From Podarcis erhardii (Eukaryota): a stretch of DNA of 64,000 bases. The notes beneath the pieces are model-generated. The model searched no databases, had not been told where the DNA came from, and worked only from the letters and a program-made list of their open reading frames with translations. This document shows positions 47,054-59,196 of the stretch, one piece after another (position 1 is the stretch's first letter; each line of letters opens with the position of its first letter). The translations under genes and the position numbers were made by a program. The stretch is taken from the NCBI GenBank assembly GCA_964252035.1, contig OZ176209.1. One strand, given 5' to 3'.

Positions 47054-48942
47054 TAGATCTTCAAACCAGACTTAAACTGGGCAGCCCTTCAAAATATAGG
47101 ACTGCGCTCTGCAAATTTGACATCTAGCCCACCTATGCAAACTCATGTCCTCTCTTTCTCTGGATAAGTTTTGCATGAATATCTAACAGAATAAAAACAC
47201 TTAAAAATATATAAAGACAAAGTGGAGAATGAACCATTGATGGTAGAACAAGACTTAGAAGTGAAGCACTGTTCAATGTGCTGATTTGTTGGTCTGTCAC
47301 TTAATATTGCAGAGACAGGAAGATGCCGGGCTTCCCTCAGGGGGAAAAATCTGTCATGACTCTGTTTTTAAGGTTGGATCTATCTAGAAACACAATGAGG
47401 TGCCTCCAGATGCCTAGATGTCCATTTGTAAGGGAGGTCAGGCAATATCTGTGATTATCCACAATGGTGGGGAACAATTACAACCTTTATTTGACATTTT
47501 TCATTTTAGCAGGGTCATGCCCCATGGACTAAAGCAAGGGACCACTCTGCTGTGCCAACACCTTACATTTGAAACAGCAGCAACAATTCCTAATCAATCT
47601 TGCAAGGAGTTTAAGCACACTGAGTGCTAGTGTGGTGATTTCGGACCTAGATCTTACCGTAAGCTCTGCATGAAACCTGCAGCCCTGCAGAGCATAAAAT
47701 GCTGTTGGTGTGCTACTAGCCCTGCAGGGATTATCCCAAAGGCAAAATTGCTGATTGTTCTAAGCTTGAGGTAATATAATTAACGTGCATTCCTAGTCCT
47801 TCCTGAGCTGTTAAAATAATTTCTGTGAGGATGTAAAATTACTTCACACACATACTTTCTCTCTGAAATGCTTACAGTGAGGAAAGGAAACAGATAATCT
47901 CTCTAGATCTGCCCCCCTCCCCACTCCATACCTTTATTCAGATATATAATATCCAACCTCTACTGAGGCTTTATTTACAATCTATTTCATCTTTTGAAAT
48001 GCACACAGTGGTTTGCTCATTATACCAGGGAGGCTGTCCTGTGTATGCTTACACGTAAACACTGCGACTTCCAAAGAGATTTGAATTGATTACTGGAAAT
48101 GCAGAACAAAATTGAAGAGGCAGCATGATTTGCAGAGGAGGGCCAGGAATCAGTATGAATCATTTCAGCACTAACCAAGTTCAGTTACAGAGTGATAGGT
48201 ATGCCTCTCCTCTGTCCCCTTCGCCAACCCTGATGAGATCACGTATAGTACTGCCATTAGCAACAGGAGGATTTTTTTAAAAAAAGAGCCAAGATCTTAA
48301 AACTGATATTTTAAAAGACTTCACTGGCAATTCCAGTAACTTAGATCACTCATTGCTGAAGCATAAATTAACGCAACTGTGTCAAGATTCCAGGAGGTAT
48401 ACATTTCAATGAGGAAAAGAACTCCCACCTAGATGTCTTCTCATGTTCTGGGTAATTTGCCATGTAAAACAAGTTTTCACACAATTGCGTTACAGTGATG
48501 TACATTTTCTGGCGGCATGACAGTCACAATATCATTTTTGTATGAAAGCGAGCTGTTCCTGAGAGACATAGGAGGTTGCAAGATATAATATATCCATAGC
48601 ACAGAGACTCCCTCTGACAATCACGTGTAATCAGTCCTGTAGGGAAGGCGGTCATCGCCCATGTCACATCTGCATAACAGCAGCCAAGATGGCGATGTGT
48701 GATATTGGCTAATCGAATTCTGCAGCGAGAGAATAGCACAGGGCTCATGATAAAATCCAGTGGGGAGAGAAGAATAAAACAGAATAAAACTGGGAGCTCT
48801 TCAATGGGCAGGTTCCATTGTTGCACATACAGCGTCTGTGCAAATACAATTTGTACATGCACCATTTTTTTCATAGGGGACTGGACTTGCTCGCTTCAAC
48901 ACGAGCTTGCATGTTCAACATAGGCCCCATGGGGGGCGGGTA

Positions 48943-49012
48943 ATAAAATGAAAAAACTTTGTGGGGTTGGGGGCTACATAAAATGAAAAAACTTTGTGGG
49001 GTTGGGGGCTAC
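48943..49012. repeat. Perfect 35-bp tandem duplication
   Basis: ATAAAATGAAAAAACTTTGTGGGGTTGGGGGCTAC x2. Confidence 0.95.
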
Positions 49013-49237
49013 AGAAAAAAGCTTTTGGTATCATGGCATCATTTGGGGAAACAATAGGAGCAATTTAAAAAAGTTAAGGTAACAAATTGGAAGGAGTCTT
49101 GGGAGATCCAAAAGCACTGTGGGTCAGGAGTGGACTGTGGGTTATTTGCACTAACTTAGGGTGTGATTTGTCCTTAAGTGAGCGGGTTCCTGCTGCTTTC
49201 AGCATATGTCTAATCATTCATATCCCAAAACCATCTA

Positions 49238-49479
49238 CAGTAGTACCTCGGGTTAATAACTTAATTCGTTCTGGAGGTCCATTCTTCACCTGAAACTGTT
49301 CTTAACCTGAAGCACCACTTTAGCTAATGGGGCCTCCCGCTGCCGCCGTGCTGCTGCTGCGCAATTTCTGTTCTCATCCTGAAGCAAAGTTCTTAACCCG
49401 AGGTACTATTTCTGGCTTAGTGGAGTCTGTAACCTGAAGCGTCTGTAACCTGAAGTGTCTGTAACCCGAGGTACCACTG
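49238..49479. mobile_element. Tc1/mariner MITE
   Basis: TIRs and TA TSDs. Confidence 0.9.
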
Positions 49480-49991
49480 TACTTCTAAATGTTTAATCTT
49501 TCTACATTTTACAGTAGCTCAGGTAGGGTTTGCTTGTTATCCTCACTTTGATAGAAGTAGGGTCATTGTCTTCCTAGTACCTTTCTGTCTGACAGAATGA
49601 CCTAATTTTTCTAGTAAACCCCCAAAGAGTGGACCAGTGGTTACGCAGCAAAATGAGCTTCCATGTGTGTGTAAGTAGAAAAACCATAATTTTAAGGCCA
49701 GTTCCCATAATGAGGGGAAAATTGTATTTATAAAACAAAGAGCTGTTGATCGGTAGGAAACTGATTGAATAGAGCAAAATTCTTATTTCAAAAGCTGCTT
49801 AATGTTAAGAATTAGTTGTGGGGAGGGGGAGGTCATACAAATAACATCAAATCCAGCAGTGTTGGGGCTGCTTTGCTTAGCAAAATCCAGATACCACAAC
49901 CATGCTGAGCTTCCAATTTCTAATTTTTCAATCTGCTGGAAATCAGACTTTCAATGGCAATGGGACAGAGACAGGTCTGATTGCATTCAAA

Positions 49992-50271
49992 CACAGGAAG
50001 CTGTCTTATCCTGAGCCAGACCCCTGGCTCATCTAGTTCAGTAGTGTCTGCACAATAATGAACTACACAATAGTCACCAAGTAGGACCATTCTGCCCTTC
50101 CAACAGATGGTGCAAGACAGACTGAACTGACCCCATGTAGACATCATGTTGTGTGACTGTTGGTCTCCAGGTTTCATGCAGGGGTGTCTCCCAGACCCAC
50201 CTGGGGGTGTCAAGGCCTAAACCTGAGACCTTATGCATTCAAATCAGGAGCTCTGCTGCGAGTAATGGCCC
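49992..50271 (-). mobile_element. Old tRNA-derived SINE
   Basis: Degenerate tRNA-like head (reverse complement of AACCTGAGACC...CTCTGCTGCGAG) at the right end; AGGAAGCTGTCTTAT tail typical of reptile SINEs. Confidence 0.6.
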
Positions 50272-52986
50272 TTGATCAATCTGAACACACACATTGCTGT
50301 TGGTGCGACATGAGAAGAATGTTTATAACCAGCAGCTAATAGCTGACAGGTAGCAAAATTAATTCCTCGTCAGTTGCACAAAGTAACCACCAAGTGGCTG
50401 CTCACGTGTGGCTAGTCGAGAGATAATCCTACAACCGGATATCAAGGCAATGTAAAGGACTGATTTGAAAGGGAAAATGAAGGTGTGCGTTATTGGGTGT
50501 GGGTGGGAGAAAAATCATGTATTCAAAGCACACCTCTTGCCTGTAACAGCTGTACTATACTAAGAACCGGGGAAGGAGGATTTGCATTACAGAGGATCTC
50601 TCTTCGGATTCTCTCGAGTAGCTCAGCATGGAGGCACTAGCAATATCACAACAAACGCAAAAGCAGCTTTAGTGTATTCTTGGTAGTGGAATATGTCTGA
50701 GGAGACTTTAAAAGTTAAGATGCATTCTGCTCACAGGAAAAGAGAGACATTAACAAAGGTTGTGGGATTTGTGTGGTTGTGTGCGTTTTCTTGCTTTTAT
50801 ATTGTAATAAGTCCAGTTATTACAAAGAAATTCAGAATGTTAAAACGTTGGAAGACGAGGCAAGTCACTAAAGTGGACTATGGACTATCTTATAATATTG
50901 TCCATTTGTTTTAATACAGATTTGGTGCTGGTGAATGTTTCTGGAAGTTTAACTTGAGTTTCTATGATTCTGAAATATCCATTTGTAATGTTGTGTTTAC
51001 AAGATACAAAAAGTGTGGGGGTTTTTTATCTGATCAAAGGAAATCTAGCATTGTGGCCAGCCATACATTTTCAAAAGCTTACCAGTTCCCCTGGTTTTTT
51101 GTCTCCCTCACCCAGGAATGGAACATTGCCTCTAATCATGGAGGCGCCATTTAGTTTTCATGGCTAATATAAAAGCCATATCTTCAACTTGATTTGCCCC
51201 CCCCCAAAAAAAGTCTTAACGCGTATTTAAAACAATAAGAGAATGAAATTCCTATACCCAGGGTCTGTCGGGTGAAGGGCTACAGGATTTGGTGGCAAAC
51301 GCTGGCAAAAATTGAGACAAACCACCAACACAAAAAGATATGCCAGCCAATGAAAATAACCAGCTGGTGAAAATACACTGGCAGAATGAAGCAGCAGAGT
51401 TATGGGTGGTGCGAGGGAAGGCACACTCATGCCAAATCTTATGCTACCCCAGATTATGACCACTCCTTTGCCACTGGCGCAATTTTACAGCAGTCTTGGA
51501 TGTAGTGAAAATAATTTCCATCCCAATGGGAAAATATTTTAAAACCCGCCCTGCATCAGCAGTTGCCCCACCCACATCACTATGGCAGAGCACACAGCAC
51601 AGATTTCCCCAACACAGGTTGAAGATACATATTTTCAAGCTTCAAGTTTTTAAACAAAAACTGCAGAAACTTGCACTTAAAATATATATATTCTTCACCA
51701 CCAGGAGGTCAGTAGTTACTCTAAAGATCAACAGCCTTGCACCCATACTGAGACCACCGCCTCTTTAATAGCTAGCTGGAGCTAATATCTCCACACAAGT
51801 GTCAAGGTTACTTGTCTAAATGGCAAATTGGGATAAGAGTGCCTCTATTAAAGACCTTGCCCCTTTAGGTCTTGAGCACGAGTCCTCTTCCTGATCACTA
51901 TTAACAGGGTGCCAGCTGTAATTTTAGAGGAATCCAAATCCATTCGGTAAGCCAATCAGAGCCGTGTAGTTCATATTAAGTCATTTATTAGCTAAACATT
52001 GATAACAAAGACATCACGACTAAGAAGGCTTTCTCCTTTGAACTAGAATTTGCACAGCTCAAATCCCATTCCCTCAGTCAGTGGATTAATGTCTACATTA
52101 TCTGTGTGTATGAAGGCATCTCTGTTCTCCGGGCTTTGTAAAAAAAGGGGGGGCTGTTTTCCTCGTGTTGTCAGGATATACAGATTTGTGTGTTATTTGC
52201 CAGGAGCTCATACTCCAGGGCAGTACAGCGTATCTTTGGGGGTGGCATGTGGGATAAAGTGTATTACCATTAGAAAGCTCCCATGCTGGGTATTAGACAT
52301 TATTTCTCTCCTACATTATATGTTGTAATAGGATCTGAATGCAGTAATGCCTCTTTGAAATATAGCTGGAAGTAAGGCCCTGCAGAGAGCAAGAGATAAA
52401 TCCATTTTATAAGCTAACCTATTCCATGCTAGTACCATCTTCAGCCAAGACTACATGAGACCCTTCTGCTGAAATTAAGACAGAGTGTTTATATAAATTT
52501 GGAAACACGCCTTAGCCTTATCTGGTTTGTAACTTAGCAACCTCTAATTTAGGTTTTCTTGCTGCTGCTTATACGGCAGCTGATAAATCTAGCCAGGTTT
52601 GCACTATATACTTGCGCTGGGTGTGCGCACAATGTAATTTCACACACGTAGCCCACAAATACCTGGCGCTACATTGACTGCGCCAACGTTTAATTCTACC
52701 TATAAAGACAAGCACAAAAACACCCACTGTTCAAAGTCATGTTTAATCAGGCTGAATGGGTTTATAAAAGCTGACACTGTTGCTGGAAGGAAAACAGAAA
52801 TTTTTGGGCCACAGAAGCTTCTTGGGAGAACATTTTGCCTTGTGAGGTGTCTCCATCTCATTTGAATCCCCCATCAACTCTCCTGAAAGACATTTCTCTG
52901 TATGAAATATCTTGGCACTTTGTTCCCTTTCCCTTTCAGCTCCCCCCCCCCCAACCAAGGGTTTTGAAATTCATTATGGCTTTATA

Positions 52987-53126
52987 TAGTGCTTCCCCCC
53001 CCCCTAGAAAAATAGGTGCCGGTACTCACCATGAAGCTGTTACAGTAAGTGCCATACATTTTAACAACAACAAAAAGAGGTGCCAGTACCACGTCCCCTT
53101 GAGTACCCCCTGGGGAAAAAGCACTG
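52987..53126. mobile_element. hAT MITE
   Basis: TAGTGCTT / AAGCACTG ends; 8-bp TSD GCTTTATA / ACTTTATA. Confidence 0.75.
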
Positions 53127-53582
53127 ACTTTATATTCATTAATTTATCTATGAAGTGTTTTTGAGTGCCAATCAGCTGGGGAATTTCATAATTATGAGTA
53201 GTAATACTACTTTAAAAAACCACCCCTTCACTCATTTAAACTGGGGCTCTTTATTTAGAGAGGGACCTAACCTAATGCACGTTAAAATAAAGTAATAAAG
53301 GCAGAGCATGATGAACATCTTGCTTTTGGCATTATTTTGGCCCCCCGCTGAATAAGATGCTGTGCTATAGGCAGCCTTCTTCATCCATAAAGAAAAGGCC
53401 ATTATATTAAACGGGGCCTCAGAGCTTTTCTCTGTAGTGTGGCAAAGCTCTGAATGACACATTCATCAAAGGTGGTTGGCATATTCATTGCAGATGTTCA
53501 CCTTTATGAAAGGCATTTGGTACATGGCGAAAGGATTCCTCTTCACATACTGGCAGTTGCAGAACAAGCTTTCCTTTCTCAG

Positions 53583-53642
53583 GGCATTATTTAGCCATGT
53601 TTCCTCCTGGAATTGTATTGTATCCCACTGAATGTCGAAAAG
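53583..53642 (+). other. Candidate 60-nt symmetric (phase 1-1) exon
   Basis: Acceptor CTTTCCTTTCTCAG| and donor AAG|GTACGT; one open frame HYLAMFPPGIVLYPTECRK; not recognised. Confidence 0.3.
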
Positions 53643-54238
53643 GTACGTTTGAAGAGCCAGGATGCTTCCAACAAACCTAGTACAAGGGTTGCAGGTATAT
53701 GCTTTGGCTGAAAATCTGCAGCCTGTTTATTTTCTTTTCTTTTTCACAGCAAAGACATTGTTTACCGAATCTCCCTGTTCCATTCTTTCTTTCTGAAAGC
53801 ATTTTCCTCCCAAAGAGTATAAGCACCAAAGCACTAAGTTTTATTTGCTACATGTATATCCCACAGTTTCCTTTAGGCACTTAGGAAAGCGTACCTGGAT
53901 TTGTCCTCCGTTTATCCTCACACATAAGAGTGCTTCCCCACCAGACAACAATATTGTGATAGCATTGGAGAAGCACTGCAGGAGAAACTAAAGTGGAAAA
54001 AGTCCAGCACAAAGAGCTACCATTTTGTTAAGAGCATGTTACAGGCTGTACCTGCAATAAAACATCCTGGGAGGTGGATTTGGCTGAGAGACAATTATTG
54101 GGTGAAACTTTATGGCTGAGCAGAGATTTGAACCCAGGTCAGCCTGATTTAAAACCTACATTCTATCCAATTCACCACTCTGACGTAAGTAATAAATGGA
54201 TAGTTCTCCATGCAAGCGTACACTGAGTTTAGGTTCAC

Positions 54239-54539
54239 TAGGCTTGGCATACGTCAGGAAAATTCCTGACATGTCCTGGTTCTCATGTGTAAAAATGGTG
54301 TCAAGGGTGGGGGGATTTTGCTAAAACGTCAAAATGTCAGGGAAAACCCGGATGTATGGCAACACGATGGAAAAAGCAGCAGAAACAGCTCCCAAAGCTG
54401 GGAATGGAAGGCATTTTGGGGGGAGGTTTCCCCAAAAAATCTCAGCAATTTGGGTTTGTTCCAAAAAAAAAGAGAGAGAGAGAAAGCTCAACAATTTTGT
54501 GGTTGTCAGGAATTTTGTTTTTTAAATATGGCAGTCCTA
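54239..54539. mobile_element. hAT MITE (TAGGGTTGCCATA-type TIR)
   Basis: TAGGCTTGGCATA / TATGGCAGTCCTA imperfect TIRs; TSD not evident. Confidence 0.55.
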
Positions 54540-55272
54540 GTATCACAGGGGCTCCACATAAGTGAGCAACCATATAAATAAATAAATGGGGACTTCTGGG
54601 ATAGGACATCCCCTTAGCAGGACTTATGTGTTGTCAAACATTGAAATGCATCACCAAAAAAAAAGAGGGCAGGACACTGAATTGCCTAAAATTTTCCTAT
54701 TGTATTTGTATTGATTTGTATTGTATTGATACAAATTTAGAAATAATTTCTGTAATTTAAATAGACATATAATACATCTCAGTAGGGAAGACTGGCCAAT
54801 TGGCCCGTGTGCCTGCATGGCCTGCTGCCAAAGTCCTAACTGCTGATGGGCAACTTCAAGGCTCTCTTCCTTGTTGTGGTTCTTTATCTTCACAAAGCGT
54901 GTTCTCCTTCATGGAGAGCACGTGTTGCGGTGGGGTCTGCTGAGCCACCCCTCTGTTACCAGGCAGGGTCTCTAAAGATGGCCTGGGGCAGTGATTGGTT
55001 CACTGGGTTGCTGGGGTAAAAGTTATGTTGCAATTTTGGTGGGAGGGGTACAATGTTTAAATACTCTGCACGCAGCCTGGAGCTTTCTCTTTGCTGCGTG
55101 CAATGGATCACCCGCCCACCCACCCTTGAGTAAGGGGTTGTTGCATTGACCTTGCTATGCCTGTCATGGGGTCGTCTGCCATTGGGGCAGGGGCCTGGTA
55201 GGAATTTTGTCCATCTGGCTGATTGGCTGGGCCATTTGGCTTTTGCCTACTGTGTAGCAAATCGTCACAACT

Positions 55273-55699
55273 TGTAAGGTTGCGGTTAGGCATTGGTTAT
55301 AAATTGGTGGAGGAGGGGTTAGGATAGGCTGGGCCTGCCCCTCCATGGTTGCTGCGGAAAGGGAATTCCGTTAAAGGAATCCTGGGGCTTGCCATCTTTT
55401 CGTCCAATCCCTGTAATGGGACTAGGGCCGGCAAGCCTTCGGGGAGCATGTGGATGAGAATTGAGGGTCTGTGACTCAGCTCCATATCTCCCGACTTGTT
55501 TTCCCGCACTGTCTTTCGGTGGTGCCCGGAAGTCAGTTCAGTCCCCAGGCGGGGGGACAGATAGTCTTAACCAATGCCTAAACAACCACTCACGGTTTTG
55601 TATTTAAATAAAGTTGTGGCCAAAATTATGCCAAAAACCTTAAACAAAAATTGAGTGTGCATTGTGAGTTATTTGGGGGGTGGCTTGGGGACCTTGACA
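55273..55699 (+). mobile_element. Solo LTR-like element (427 bp)
   Basis: TGTAAGG...CCTTGACA termini; AATAAA at 55607; flanks CACAACT / CGCAACT. Confidence 0.75.
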
Positions 55700-56445
55700 C
55701 GCAACTTATTTTGACCAGACAGCTATTCATAATATAAGAAAAGCCACAGATTTGCTTCATATTTTTAAAGAGGTAATAATTTCTTAATGATCTATAGTGA
55801 CAAAATTATTTCAGAGAAACACAGAATCAGACACATGGATGGACATTCTCTCTGCCTGGTGGAACAGTTCCAAAATTTTGTGCACGTTTAAGCAGATAAT
55901 CTTTGCTTCCTTCTGTCTTGTTTATACTCGGTTACCCAAATAATCCTACTTCCAAGTTGTAAAATTGTGCCTGCTGTAACCCGAGAAATCTATAGGTTTC
56001 ATATCACCATGCATCAGCAATATTCTTTTGCTCAGGAAAAAATAATAATCTATTTCACATCCTCCAGTTATCCACAGATTTAGAGGAAGGTAATTTAAGA
56101 TTGCATAAATTGTCCAAGGGAATAAAATCCCTATACAAAGTTCTTTTGGAGCGGAGATCCCATACACCCCCAGCTCAGCTCTCTCACCTTGTATATGTTA
56201 TATACAAGGTGGGTTTTTTGTTCTGCTTTGGTGCCAAACAGGAGGGTTTGCAACTATCGTTTCCATTTATAGCCCGTTGGCAGGCACAGAACTGGAAGCA
56301 GCTGTAACCGAAATAAAGCAGCTAGAAAGAGTGAATCAGGCTGTGTACACACCATACATTTAAAGCACATTTAAAGCTTATTCCACCCACCCACCCCGGC
56401 CAAAGAAACTTGGGAACTGTAGTTTTTAAGGTGCTATGAAGTGAA

Positions 56446-56677
56446 GAAGAGAGCTCAAGTGAAGAAGAGAAGACTCCCTGGAAAAGACCCTGATGTTGGG
56501 ACAGACTGAGGGCACAAAGAGAAGGGGATGACAGAGGACAAGATGGGTGGATAGTGTTCTCGAAGCCACCAGCATGAGTTTGACCAAGCTGTGGGAGGCA
56601 GTGGAAGACAGGAGTGCCTGGCGTGCTCTGGTCCATGGGGTCACGAAGAGTCGGACACGACTAAATGACTAAACAAC
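56446..56677 (+). mobile_element. Bov-B (RTE) LINE 3' fragment next to a MITE remnant (56339-56435)
   Basis: GACTCCCTGGAAAAGACCCTGATGTTGG...GTCGGACACGACTAAATGACTAAACAAC; 10-bp TSD ATGAAGTGAA (56436-56445 and 56678-56687). Confidence 0.9.
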
Positions 56678-57929
56678 ATGAAGTGAAAAATTGTGTGGGA
56701 TAAACTACATTTTCCAAGATTCTGTTGGGAAGGGATGCTTTTAATGTTCTTTAAATGTAGAGCATGGTGTTGTGTAGTGAAAATGTTGTCTACTGCACCT
56801 ACGTTATGAGATATATTAAGAGAGAAATGGTAGGCGACTTCTGCCATATTCTTAGATGATCCTGGAAAATGTGTTTTTGTGTTCTTTTTCTCTCTTCCTT
56901 TTATTCCCTATAATGCAACCTGTATTACCTTGCGGGAGTCTAAATTTCGCTTTGCTAATGTGACATCCACCTTCAGGCAGGTACACTAAGGATTGAATCG
57001 CAAGACAGTCATGGCTAAAGGCACAGCTCTTGACAGAGATAGGCTGCCTCAGAATGTTAATTCTAGATGGTTCAGGCGCCGAGCACGACTTGTAAGCTTG
57101 CCTTCAGCCCTCAAGGGATTCCCGCTCCCCTTAAACTCGGCCTTTCATGTGATGTGCAATTTCCCTTCCCGGACTAGGCTGCACAAACAATTGCTTCCGC
57201 GGATCTGATAATTAGTCACATCTCTTCCTCCAACTTTCCCAATTCAGCTTCAGTTAACCTCAGGCCAAGATGGGTTCAACCATCCACCTATCATCATATT
57301 CATTTCAGCGTCTGACAGTGAGGTTTGACGGGGAAAGCAATTGGAACGGTTTCCCCTGGAGCTTCACTGTATCGCTTGCACTCACTCTTATGCTTCCTGC
57401 CCTCCGGAAAAAGAGGCATGTTCATATCACATTCAGTACATAGACACATATCTGTGATCTTGGCTTACGGGAGCAGGAATAGCGATGTCCTTCTCTCTGT
57501 ACAAGATACGGGGCTTTTTCGACTTGACAAAATATAATTTTTTCTGTTTTCAGTCATCACATCAATTTAACTAACCTTCTCTTCATTCAGAAGGGGCAAG
57601 TGGTCTGCAACGCAGGCACTTAATTGATTCTGACAGCACTGCCTGTCCAAATAGGCGTCAAAAAGGCATATCTGCATTAGAAATGAAAAGCAAGCAAGCA
57701 ACACCTGAGAACAGCAGGTCACACGGTTGCCATTTGCCTCGCGCAATCCTGTGCATGCTTACTCGGGAGTAAATCCCGGTGGGGCTTACTCCAAAGGAAG
57801 TGTGCACAGGATTTCGGCCTGTGCTTGGAATATGGGGTGCCATCTAACAGTGTTTACAGGTAGGAGGGTAAAGTGAATTAGAAGTACGCAGGGTCTCTTC
57901 CCTTTTATAGCCCTTCCACCATTCCTTGG

Positions 57930-58826
57930 GAATCTGGTGGCTCTGCCACTGTAACCAAGACCTGGATGAACAAGCAAGCGAACTGGGTGGGTGGGGCAGA
58001 CCTGATTCAGCTGTGCCCACTCAGGTTCTTTAAGAAGCACTGGCACAAGCTGGAAGGGGGGACGGGGGTCATTGTGGTTCATGAAGATTCCATCTCTTAC
58101 TTCTGGGGTGGCATTGAAGGACCTACATCTAAAGGGTCAGATGGAGTATCACCCAGCCGGCTGCACAGCAGCTTCGGCAGATGAAGTCTTAGGTCTTGGA
58201 GAGTTCCAGGACAACCGGTTCTGCTCATCTCAGGATTTTGTGGCTTCAATTTCAACCATGGAGTTGTCCCAGCTTGTTATGGGGCCCATTCACAGGGCAG
58301 GACATGCCCTGGATTTGGCTTTTATCCCAGGGTATGGGAGGGATGACCTGAATGTAGGAGGACTTCCGATAAGCCTGTTGGCATGCCCCAGTAGTGGCAG
58401 GAGAACCATTAGGAATCTCCATGCCCAGAGACTTATGGAATTTTAGAGGTTCCTGAATGCTATTTCACAACAGATAGGACTTAGTCTTGTGGGATGCTAC
58501 TAAAGCCCTTGTTGCTGGAGGCCCATATCACCACAGGTGTGAGAAGCACCATTCCTGGATAGGGACAGCCTTGCTACAGCGGCTGACACATTTGTCGTCT
58601 TGATTACCAATCACTTTAATGCATTCTGTGTGGGGCTGCCCTTAATATTGGTTCAGAAGCTTTTGCTGACTACTCATGGAAGCCATTATGAAATTTAAGG
58701 AGATAGTTCCTGCCAGATTGTTTCTTTTACTGTATTTTAATCATTTCAGTTGGATTTATTTTATGACATTGTTATTGTGCACTGAGATACCTGCATAACA
58801 GGCAGTATCTAAGTATTTTAATAAAC
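57930..58826 (+). mobile_element. Internally deleted, degenerate L2 element (APE endonuclease remnants plus ORF2 end plus 3' UTR)
   Basis: Translations QLCP...GGTGVIVVHEDSI, GPIHRAGHALDLAF, and a DY.NA..VGLP-like segment, then an AATAAA tail. Confidence 0.7.
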
Positions 58827-59196
58827 AGATAGATAAATTGTGGGTGTATTTCTCTCAACGATGTTGAAATGCCCTGCCTGAATGTGGGAGGAAATAAGTA
58901 GGTGCCAATGACAACAGGAAGGCTATACTTCAGGTATCTTTGACAGGGATTCTGGAAATTGCCATGGAGAATTATGGATATGCAAATACTTCAGCATCTA
59001 GGATAAATGCTTCCCCCAGGTAAAACAGATAGTAAGTATTCCTCTTATACCTGGCAGCTCAGGGTAATATGCACTATCAGTTTTTTATTCCCTTAAAAGC
59101 TATGTTTCACTTGAAAATGCTTGCCTTGTGTGAGATTCTGCCTCATGATTTTCAACTCTAAAGAAACTCTATTACATTTCTGCTCCCTGATCTCTG

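Noticed and set aside
51696-51714. CTCF-like motif CCACCAGGAGGTCAG (also CCAACAGATGGTGC near 50100)
   Set aside because: Mismatches at core positions; one lies in a SINE
53466-53680. About 70-codon stop-free minus-strand frame (FVGSILALQTYLFDIQWD...)
   Set aside because: No recognisable homolog and weak splice context; the plus-strand 60-nt exon explanation has better signals
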